A DNA stretch of 64,000 nt from Eubacteriales bacterium (GTDB taxonomy: Bacteria; Bacillota; Clostridia; Christensenellales; UBA1242): assembly GCA_018384735.1 (NCBI GenBank), contig JAHAXB010000032.1, positions 7,660 through 71,659 of the forward strand. The letters run 5' to 3'. Made by a program: the position numbers and the translations under genes. The notes under the pieces were generated by a model. The model searched no databases, had not been told where the DNA came from, and saw only the letters and a program-made list of their open reading frames with translations. Shown here in pieces: positions 40,121-47,775 of the stretch (its first letter is position 1; each line of letters begins with the position of its first letter).

Positions 40121-42382
40121 ATGAAACAAAATGAAGATTTTAGCACACTGGACCGCTATTTCCGCGCCGCTAATTATTTAGCCGTAGCCCAATTATACTT
40201 ACGCGACAATCCGATTTTGGAACGTCCCTTAACGCGTAACGACATCAAGGCCCGCATCTTGGGTCATTGGGGTACGGTGGTCGGACAAAATTTTATTTAC
40301 GCACATTTAAGCCGTGCCATTAAAAAATTTGACCAAGACATGGTTTTAATTTCGGGACCGGGTCACGGTGGTAACTTCTTCATTGCGAACGCTTACTTGG
40401 AAGGCACTTACAGCGAAGTTTATCCGGAATACACCCGCGACAAAGCTGGTATTCAAAAATTATGTCAGGCATTCTCTTTTCCCGGTGGTGTCTCTTCCCA
40501 CGTTGCGCCCCAAGTTCCCGGTAGTATGCACGAAGGCGGCGAACTGGGCTATTCGTTAGCGCACGGTTTTGGTGCCGTACTTGACCACCCGAATCTGGTC
40601 GCCGCTGTGATTGTAGGCGATGGCGAAGCCGAAACCGGACCATTGTCCGCCAGCTGGTGGGGTACCAAATTTTTGCATCACCAAAAAGACGGTCACATCC
40701 TGCCCATTTTACATTTGAATGGTTACAAGATTGCAAACCCGACTTTACTCGCCCGCATTACACCGGAAGAACGCCATCAGTTCTTTGCTGGTTTGGGTTA
40801 CGAAGCTATCGAAGTCGTGGTCGGACGTAACCCCGCCGATATCATGCAAGACCACCAAGCCATGGCACAGGCTGTTGATTATTGCTTACAATGCTTCCGT
40901 ACCCAAAACGGTAAACACCCGATGATTATTTTGAACTCACCCAAAGGTTGGACGGGCCCCACGACCGTGGACGGTAAAACTGTCGCTGGCACCTTCAACG
41001 CCCACCAAGTTCCCGTCGACATGAGCCAACCGCACCATGTGCAAATTGTGAATGACTGGTTACAATCTTACCGTCCGCAAGAATTATTCAACGCAGATGG
41101 TTCCTTACAAGCCGACATCGCGGCTTTCTGTCCGGTTGGAGCGCGTCGCTTATCCGCGAACCCACTGACCCGCGGTGGCTGTCAGTACGCACCCTTGGCA
41201 TTCCCCAAAGTTAATCAATTTTTCGTTGACCCCAAAGCCACTGTGCAAGACACCAATGTATTATCCACCTATGTGGCTGCCATCATGCAACTTAACCCCA
41301 ATAGTTTCCGTTTCTTTTGTCCGGACGAAGCTAAATCCAACCGCTTGTACGCGCCATTCCAAATTACCAACCGCGCTTGGCAAGTCGCCCACTACCCGTT
41401 CGATGAGGGCTTGGCTCCCGATGGTCGAATCATGGATGGTATGCTTTCCGAACACATGTGCGAAGGTATGTTGGAAGGTTACACCTTAACCGGACGCCAC
41501 GGTTTCTTTGCCACTTACGAAGCGTTTGGACGCGTGGTCGACAGTATGTTGAACCAACACGCCAAATGGTTGAAGCAAACCCGCTTGATGCCTTGGCGCA
41601 CTCCGTTGCCCTGTTTGAACTTCATTAACACCAGTCACACTTGGCAACAAGACCACAACGGTTATAGTCACCAAGACACTGGCATGGCAACCCACTTAAT
41701 GGACAAAGACCAACACGTTGTGCGTTGCTACTTCCCCGCGGATGCCAACACTTTGGTGGCGGTCTTTGATAAGTGCTTACACGATACGAACAAAATCAAC
41801 TTGATTACCGCTTCCAAACACCCAACCCACGGTTGGCGTACCGGCGCTCAAGCGCTGGCCGATGTCAAAGCGGGTATCAGTATTTGGCATGATGTAACCG
41901 ACCCCGATGTCGTTTTAGCTTGCATGGGCGATACGCCGACCAAAGAATGTATGGCAGCCCTGAAAATTTTAAAAGCCCAAATGCCAAACTTAAAAGTTCG
42001 TTTGGTCAACGTGATTGATGCGGGCATCTTGGGTGGTCGCGAAGACAGTTTGAATGACCAAGACTACGCGCGCTACTTCACCAACGACAAGCCCGTGGTT
42101 TTTGTCACCCACACTTACCGCAATTTGATTTACAGTCTAATTGTTAAACGCCCGAACAGTCACCGTTACACCGTGAAAGGTTACCACGAAAACGGTGCCA
42201 TCACGACCGGTTTTGATATGCGGGTCTTGAACGAAATCGACCGCTTCCACATCGTGCAAGATGTTTTGGCGGCCACCACTCCGAATGCAAAATTATTCGC
42301 CGCCATGGACGAACAATTAAAACAACACCGCGCTTACATTTTGGCGTACGGTGTCGACCCCGACTGGGTAAATAATTTTTAA
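40121..42382 (+). CDS. xfp: Phosphoketolase (XFP/XPK)
   Basis: GHWGT, GPGHG, HEGGELGY, GDGEAETGP, LSEH, QDHNGYSHQD. Confidence 0.96.
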   Translation: MKQNEDFSTLDRYFRAANYLAVAQLYLRDNPILERPLTRNDIKARILGHWGTVVGQNFIYAHLSRAIKKFDQDMVLISGPGHGGNFFIANAYLEGTYSEVYPEYTRDKAGIQKLCQAFSFPGGVSSHVAPQVPGSMHEGGELGYSLAHGFGAVLDHPNLVAAVIVGDGEAETGPLSASWWGTKFLHHQKDGHILPILHLNGYKIANPTLLARITPEERHQFFAGLGYEAIEVVVGRNPADIMQDHQAMAQAVDYCLQCFRTQNGKHPMIILNSPKGWTGPTTVDGKTVAGTFNAHQVPVDMSQPHHVQIVNDWLQSYRPQELFNADGSLQADIAAFCPVGARRLSANPLTRGGCQYAPLAFPKVNQFFVDPKATVQDTNVLSTYVAAIMQLNPNSFRFFCPDEAKSNRLYAPFQITNRAWQVAHYPFDEGLAPDGRIMDGMLSEHMCEGMLEGYTLTGRHGFFATYEAFGRVVDSMLNQHAKWLKQTRLMPWRTPLPCLNFINTSHTWQQDHNGYSHQDTGMATHLMDKDQHVVRCYFPADANTLVAVFDKCLHDTNKINLITASKHPTHGWRTGAQALADVKAGISIWHDVTDPDVVLACMGDTPTKECMAALKILKAQMPNLKVRLVNVIDAGILGGREDSLNDQDYARYFTNDKPVVFVTHTYRNLIYSLIVKRPNSHRYTVKGYHENGAITTGFDMRVLNEIDRFHIVQDVLAATTPNAKLFAAMDEQLKQHRAYILAYGVDPDWVNNF

Positions 42383-42501
42383 CCGTGGTCTTTAACTAGG
42401 TTTTGCGGCATTTTTGCTGGGGTAATTGTCAGCATGGATTTACGCTTGGGAGTTTGCGCGTCGACAAAGGTCATGTTCGCGCGTCCCGAAGCAAGGGCAA
42501 C

Positions 42502-42527
42502 AAAAAACACCGCGCAGGCGGTGTTTT
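42502..42527. terminator. Bidirectional intrinsic terminator
   Basis: AAAAAACACCGC-gcag-GCGGTGTTTT between convergent genes. Confidence 0.85.
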
Positions 42528-42546
42528 GATTCATCATCGTAATGGC

Positions 42547-42777
42547 TTATTTGGCACGGCCAGGCATCGTCAAACCAATGAAGCTAACTAACGTCAAAAC
42601 AATGGCATTACCAGCAACTTGGAAAAACAATAATAATTGATCCACCATGTTGTTGAAGTTAAAAGGTTTGAACGCGGTCATAAAAGTGTTCCAATCGTAA
42701 CGCATACAAACACCAACCAACACCACCACAGCGGCTACCAAAACGATAAATGAAACAATACGACGTAAAATGCTCAT
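42547..42777 (-). CDS. Small two-TM membrane protein
   Basis: 76 aa, two hydrophobic helices, strong SD AAGGAGG and TATAAT upstream. Confidence 0.75.
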   Translation of the reverse strand: MSILRRIVSFIVLVAAVVVLVGVCMRYDWNTFMTAFKPFNFNNMVDQLLLFFQVAGNAIVLTLVSFIGLTMPGRAK

Positions 42778-42896
42778 TTTCCCCCTCCTTTTATTTTCGA
42801 CAAATTATAACAAAAAGAAAAGGGATTTGTCTATCCCCTTTCCCAAAATTTTTCCACTAATTTGTCATAGCCATTTTTATGACCTCAATTCCGCGA

Positions 42897-43520
42897 TTAT
42901 TTGTTTTCGCCACCCGGGAATTCGACAAAATTTTCAGGATTGACCGGCTTGCCATCTTTGTAGGTCATTAAGCGTACATGTGGCATGTCAAACGCTTCGT
43001 AATTGGCCGAGTTACCCACAGTGCCGATTTGGTCGCCGCTTTTAACTTTGTCACCCACCTTGACGGTAATTTCGGCCAAACTGCTGTAAACAGTTTCCAT
43101 GCCGTCCGCGTGTTTGATCCGCACCAAACGACCTGTGCTGGCGTCCCCGCTTTCGATGACCGAGGTAACTTCCCCGTCGTAACAAGCCACGACCTTAGTG
43201 CCGGCGGTTGCTCCCAATGTGTAACCTAAGTCGAACTCGTACCATTTGGTCGTCGCGTTGTATTGCAACATGTCAAAGTCGGCCGCTTTCAAAACGGTTG
43301 CGGACGCAGCGTTCACAGGCATAACCCATGTTGCCACGACAGGTTGTGTACTGGGACCATTGACAGGATCAGGTATTTCCACCACTCCTTTATCATGATG
43401 TACGAAACTCATCGCGATAAAAGTTGTCGTCAACCCCAGCATTAACACCACCAGCAAAGTGCTAATTGCAATCGCATTACGACGTGTTCTTTCCATTTGT
43501 GTAGCTGTGCGAATGTCCAT
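42897..43520 (-). CDS. Membrane-anchored M23/LytM-domain protein, SpoIIQ-like
   Basis: One N-terminal TM; VVACYDGEV, IKHADGMETVYSSL, VKVGDKVKSGDQIG, PVNP; Zn ligands degenerate; SD GGGAGG before ATG 43520. Confidence 0.78.
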   Translation of the reverse strand: MDIRTATQMERTRRNAIAISTLLVVLMLGLTTTFIAMSFVHHDKGVVEIPDPVNGPSTQPVVATWVMPVNAASATVLKAADFDMLQYNATTKWYEFDLGYTLGATAGTKVVACYDGEVTSVIESGDASTGRLVRIKHADGMETVYSSLAEITVKVGDKVKSGDQIGTVGNSANYEAFDMPHVRLMTYKDGKPVNPENFVEFPGGENK

Positions 43521-43581
43521 TTCCTTTCCCCTCCCTTGCCATGATTTTCGACCAACCACCAATGTTTTATACATATAATTT

Positions 43582-43878
43582 CTAGCGTTCAATAAAGGTG
43601 GCGCAGTCGGCTTGGTTGGTGTCTTCGTTGTCAACGACGGCGATACCGTTAGCCGCACAGCGACAGTCGTGATTATACAAGCACGAACCCATGGTACACG
43701 CTAAAGGTACATTGTGGGGCTTGGTTGGTGCCAGTTCGGACGCCAATTCTAAATCGACCTTGCCGTGTTCTTTCTGATATGTCGTACAATTAGCATTGCG
43801 ACAAACTTTGACTTCATGCGCGTGACAAGCACCAGCGTGATTAAATTTACAATCAATTTTTCGACAGCGAATATTCAT
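43582..43878 (-). CDS. Cys-rich protein with two DUF1540-like repeats
   Basis: Two copies of CxxxxCxxNxxxxCxA...CxT[YF]. Confidence 0.78.
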   Translation of the reverse strand: MNIRCRKIDCKFNHAGACHAHEVKVCRNANCTTYQKEHGKVDLELASELAPTKPHNVPLACTMGSCLYNHDCRCAANGIAVVDNEDTNQADCATFIER

Positions 43879-43912
43879 TATACATTTATTATTTCTTATA
43901 TTAAAATAAAGT

Positions 43913-44365
43913 ATGCAAATTTATTTATTAAAGGATTTGAAAGGACACGGCAAAGCCGGCGAAATTGTTAATTTGAACGACGGTTATGCCAAAAATTTTG
44001 TGATTAAAAATAAGATTGGCAAGCCGGTCGACAACGCGGTGTTAAGCGAGATGAAAGCCAAAGCCGACAGCGTGGCGTTCAAAAACCAAACCGAAATCGC
44101 GGCCATCAAAGCCCAAATCGAACAATTAAAAAACACACCGGTAACTTTACATTGCAAAGTCGGTGCGAACCAAAAATTATTTGGTAGCATTACCGGCGCG
44201 GAAATCAGCACGGCACTCGCGGAAAAAGGTGTCAACGTGGACAAACACTTAATTAACATCACGGAACCAATCAAAACCACGGGTACATATAATGTAACAG
44301 TTAAATACAATCATCAGTTGACGGGCAACATTACCGTCCATGTGGAGGAACTCAATGCAAAATGA
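43913..44365 (+). CDS. rplI: 50S ribosomal protein L9
   Basis: LLKDLKGHGKAGEIV, GYAKNF, KLFGSIT, PIKTTG. Confidence 0.96.
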   Translation: MQIYLLKDLKGHGKAGEIVNLNDGYAKNFVIKNKIGKPVDNAVLSEMKAKADSVAFKNQTEIAAIKAQIEQLKNTPVTLHCKVGANQKLFGSITGAEISTALAEKGVNVDKHLINITEPIKTTGTYNVTVKYNHQLTGNITVHVEELNAK

Positions 44366-45386
44366 CAACATTTTTGTCTTGGTACTATCATTAGAACAAT
44401 ACCAAAACACCACTCTGTTGTCCCAGCCGATTTGTGGTCGCACCATGCAACAATGGGTTACTGCGGCTGCGGCTCCATTCAAAACTAAATCCGTCATCGT
44501 TTCACCTACCGATGACATCATCACGATTTTCAAAAACCATCTGACGGGCGCGACTTTCACGGTGATTACCTATGATGATATGCCACTGCTGACCACCCAA
44601 GACATCACGGACGCAGTCGATTACTGTTTCCACAAAAATGTTCCGGCGGTCAAACTGCCCCGCGGTTGGGTTTTCAATACCGAATTGGTGGCACAAAGTG
44701 AAACCTTCCCCGTTACCGAATTTCACGGCGCGCGCCAAGAAAATTACTTGGTGGCTTTTAACCACGCCCAAATTGCAAAAATTCGCGCTATCATGCAGGA
44801 GCGCATTAACGAACAACATTTGAAAAACGGCGTCAACATTATCGACCCCAACCACACCTACATTGACGCGGAAGTCGTGCTGGAAAAGAATGTAACCGTG
44901 GAACCCAACGCCCACTTAATCGGCAAAACCACCGTGCACAGCGGAACCCACATTTTGGACGGCTGCCACATTACGGACGCGGTAATTGGTCAAGATTGTG
45001 AAGTCGGACCCTACGCCCACATTCGTCCCAATTCCAGTATTGGTAACAAATGCCGGATCGGTAACTACGTTGAAATCAAACGTTCACGCATTGGCGATGG
45101 CACCAAAGTCGCGCATATGACCTATGTCGGCGACAGCACTTTGGGCAAAGATTGTAACGTTGGCTGTGGCGTAATTTTCTGCAACTACAACGGCAAAACC
45201 AAAAGCAATTGTTTGGTTGGCGACAAGACTTTCATCGGCAGCAATTCCTGCTTAATCGCGCCGGTACAAATCGGCGACCACGCTTACATTGCCGCGGGTT
45301 CGGTCATTACCGACGAACTGCCCGCCCACGCTTTGGGTATCTCCCGTGCGCGCCAAGCCATCAAAGAGCATTATGTAGCTGAATAA
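44355..45386 (+). CDS. glmU: GlmU-like protein with intact acetyltransferase (LbH) domain and degenerate uridyltransferase domain
   Basis: GVNIIDP, VGPYAHIRP, GNYVEIK, HMTYVGD, CNYNG, FIGSNS; no LAAGxGxR motif at the N-terminus. Confidence 0.8.
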   Translation: MQNDNIFVLVLSLEQYQNTTLLSQPICGRTMQQWVTAAAAPFKTKSVIVSPTDDIITIFKNHLTGATFTVITYDDMPLLTTQDITDAVDYCFHKNVPAVKLPRGWVFNTELVAQSETFPVTEFHGARQENYLVAFNHAQIAKIRAIMQERINEQHLKNGVNIIDPNHTYIDAEVVLEKNVTVEPNAHLIGKTTVHSGTHILDGCHITDAVIGQDCEVGPYAHIRPNSSIGNKCRIGNYVEIKRSRIGDGTKVAHMTYVGDSTLGKDCNVGCGVIFCNYNGKTKSNCLVGDKTFIGSNSCLIAPVQIGDHAYIAAGSVITDELPAHALGISRARQAIKEHYVAE

Positions 45387-45678
45387 TTTTACGCAAACGA
45401 TTAACCACACCACTTTTGGTAATGTGCAAAATGTGCGCCAACTCTTCGTAGGTTGCATCCGGATTTTCGACACGCGCGTTGGCGGTCTCCTGCAATTTGG
45501 GACTGAGTTTACGGAAGCGTCCGTCCGCTTTTAAATCTTGGATTAAACCGATTTGAAAACTGGCGGCCTTAACCTGTTTAGCAATGTTACCCGAATCACA
45601 GTTCGCGGCGCGGTTAGCATTGTTCCGAATAATGCCCATGATGATGCGGTCGCACTTGGTTAAATCAGGATTGGCCAT
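45361..45678 (-). CDS. WhiA C-terminal HTH domain only
   Basis: NRAANCDSGN, LSPKLQETANARVENPDATYEELA, ITKSGVVNRLRKI match the WhiA C-terminus. Confidence 0.8.
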   Translation of the reverse strand: MANPDLTKCDRIIMGIIRNNANRAANCDSGNIAKQVKAASFQIGLIQDLKADGRFRKLSPKLQETANARVENPDATYEELAHILHITKSGVVNRLRKIIQLHNAL

Positions 45679-46474
45679 TTTCCGCCTTAACAATTTGGTC
45701 TAACAATAAACCGTTCGGACGCACAAAAGGTTTGTCCAAGTTTAAAATACACGCGGGGTCATAATCACACAATTTTAAGAAATCGCCGACGCGGTCCATA
45801 CGCCCCACATTTTCGGCTTTGTGCGCGTCACTGCTGATAACAAATTTCACGCCCATAGCTGCCATGCGTTCAAAGTCCACGGGACGGAAACTGATTTTTT
45901 TGTTGTTCAGTTCCATGGCCGTACCACGCGCAACGCAGACTTTGGCAACTTCCAAAACATTAACACGGAAATAACGGCTGGGGTGTGACAGAATATCAAT
46001 GTTATTTTTTTCAATGGCGCGAATTACGGCTTGGGTATTTTTGCGCACCAAACTCTTGGGTGTCCAGTTAATCCCCATGCGACGCATCACAAACCAAAAC
46101 ATATTCGGAATGTAATAAGTAAACAGTTGGGAAAACTTTTTGGGTTGCACCGACATGTGAACCCCGCAGATTAAATAATCATACAAACGGCGTTCGTCGC
46201 TGGCAATATCAATGTCGCCGTCCATGCCTACCACGTTACATTCGGTACCATAAAAAGTTTTAATGCCGTGTAATTTACCCGAACGAAGTACTTGGGCTTT
46301 AGCCAAAAGCGCGTTTTCTAAGCGTTTCTTTTTGTTACGGGCGCGGTAATGTGCATGGTCGGTAATACCGACTTCGGACAAACCACGTTTCTTTGCGGCT
46401 GCAATATTTTCATCGATGGTGTTGATGCCATCGCTATCGATTGTATGTGTGTGATAATCACCATAAACCTTCAT
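45665..46474 (-). CDS. PHP-domain phosphoesterase
   Basis: DYHTHT, ITDH, SHP, ELNN, SSDAH. Confidence 0.9.
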   Translation of the reverse strand: MKVYGDYHTHTIDSDGINTIDENIAAAKKRGLSEVGITDHAHYRARNKKKRLENALLAKAQVLRSGKLHGIKTFYGTECNVVGMDGDIDIASDERRLYDYLICGVHMSVQPKKFSQLFTYYIPNMFWFVMRRMGINWTPKSLVRKNTQAVIRAIEKNNIDILSHPSRYFRVNVLEVAKVCVARGTAMELNNKKISFRPVDFERMAAMGVKFVISSDAHKAENVGRMDRVGDFLKLCDYDPACILNLDKPFVRPNGLLLDQIVKAENGQS

Positions 46475-46520
46475 GATGGTTTTAGTATACCTTTTTATCA
46501 ATTACCACCGCAAGTGATAT

Positions 46521-47108
46521 TTACCACTTCATCCGTTCTTTGAGCATTGCGACATAATAATCTTGATTGTCACCATATGGATAAATATTACTGCCACCCC
46601 AGTAATTATAATCCATACTTTTGTCTTTTAATTCAATCCCAACATAGGTTTGTACAAAACCATAACTGCCATCTTTTAATCGTCCATAAACCTCACAGTA
46701 AAAAATAAATTTATTATTACCATCATCAGTGATGCAATCACTGGCATACCATGTATTCAAATTTTCGTAGCGTAATTGTTGATTAACGACTGTAATTGCG
46801 TCTTCCTTGGCCAACTCAATTTTTTCTTCATAAGTACGCGAGTGATTAGCAACAAAACCGAAATAGACAATACAACTGATTATATTAACAGCCACAACCA
46901 AAAGAATAACGGTGATAATCGCTTTGCGGTTAAGTTTCTTGCGCGGCTTGGGTTGATTCAAATTGCCACCGACAGTCATGACATTACCAAAACTATCTTG
47001 CATGCCAATTTCTTGTTGATAGCCTGTGTTTGATAATGGCGTGCGACAAACTGGACACGCTGCACAAAGACTAGTATCAACTTCGTTACCACATTTTGGA
47101 CACTTCAT
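46521..47108 (-). CDS. Zinc-ribbon, single-TM membrane protein
   Basis: CPKCG...CPVC, one TM, external domain; AT-rich. Confidence 0.8.
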   Translation of the reverse strand: MKCPKCGNEVDTSLCAACPVCRTPLSNTGYQQEIGMQDSFGNVMTVGGNLNQPKPRKKLNRKAIITVILLVVAVNIISCIVYFGFVANHSRTYEEKIELAKEDAITVVNQQLRYENLNTWYASDCITDDGNNKFIFYCEVYGRLKDGSYGFVQTYVGIELKDKSMDYNYWGGSNIYPYGDNQDYYVAMLKERMKW

Positions 47109-47119
47109 ATTTTACTCCT

Positions 47120-47368
47120 TTATAAATGCCACGGTTTACCATCAAAAATCGCAATCAGTGTCGGAATCCACAACAGAAATCCACCAAAAAACAAATGCAA
47201 CAAAATACTATGACCGCCGACAACAACACGCCCACCATTCGTATTTTGATTTTGTACAACAATTTGCGGTTGTTGAAAGTTGTTTTGCGGTCTTAATTGC
47301 GTACGGCAATTTGGACAAACCTTATAAATTTCTTCGTCTACTTTTTCACCGCAATTCGGACAAAACAT
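47120..47368 (-). CDS. Small zinc-ribbon membrane protein
   Basis: MFCPNCG...CPNC, Q/N linker, hydrophobic C-terminus; SD AAGGAGG. Confidence 0.8.
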   Translation of the reverse strand: MFCPNCGEKVDEEIYKVCPNCRTQLRPQNNFQQPQIVVQNQNTNGGRVVVGGHSILLHLFFGGFLLWIPTLIAIFDGKPWHL

Positions 47369-47404
47369 ATTAATCCTCCTTTGTTTGATACACTTAAATA
47401 TAAC

Positions 47405-47454
47405 CGAATATATTCACATAGTCAACGAATATTTTCGTATACCGAATATATTTG
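47405..47454. promoter_or_regulatory. Three palindromic operator-like sites (consensus CGAATATATTCG)
   Basis: CGAATATATTC at 47405, CGAATATTTTCG at 47426, CGAATATATTTG at 47443, between divergent genes. Confidence 0.7.
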
Positions 47455-47484
47455 GCTATTTCTCTAATAATAATTTGCGATAAT

Positions 47485-47733
47485 ATGGCAATGACAACTT
47501 GTGAAGCAGTAGCAATTAGAGTTAAGGATTTACTTGAGAAAAATCACATTTCGCAATATGCCCTTTGTAAAAAAATTGCCATTGACCCCAGTAATATTTA
47601 CAATATTTTATACAAACGTTGCAAAACCGTGACACTTGATAAAATCTATTTATTAGCGCAAGGATTTGATATGACAGTGCAAGAGTTTATGAATGACCCG
47701 GTTTTCAAAATGGACAATATCGACGCGGACTAA
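47485..47733 (+). CDS. XRE/Cro-C1 HTH transcriptional regulator
   Basis: RVKDLLEKNHISQYALCKKIAIDPSNIYNI...TLDKIYLLAQGF. Confidence 0.88.
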   Translation: MAMTTCEAVAIRVKDLLEKNHISQYALCKKIAIDPSNIYNILYKRCKTVTLDKIYLLAQGFDMTVQEFMNDPVFKMDNIDAD

Positions 47734-47775
47734 ATCGACACTAACAAAGTTTGGCGCGGGCGCATAAAATGGCGT

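Noticed and set aside
42403-42591. 62-aa ORF downstream of xfp
   Set aside because: TTG start without SD or promoter, runs through a terminator and into a convergent gene.
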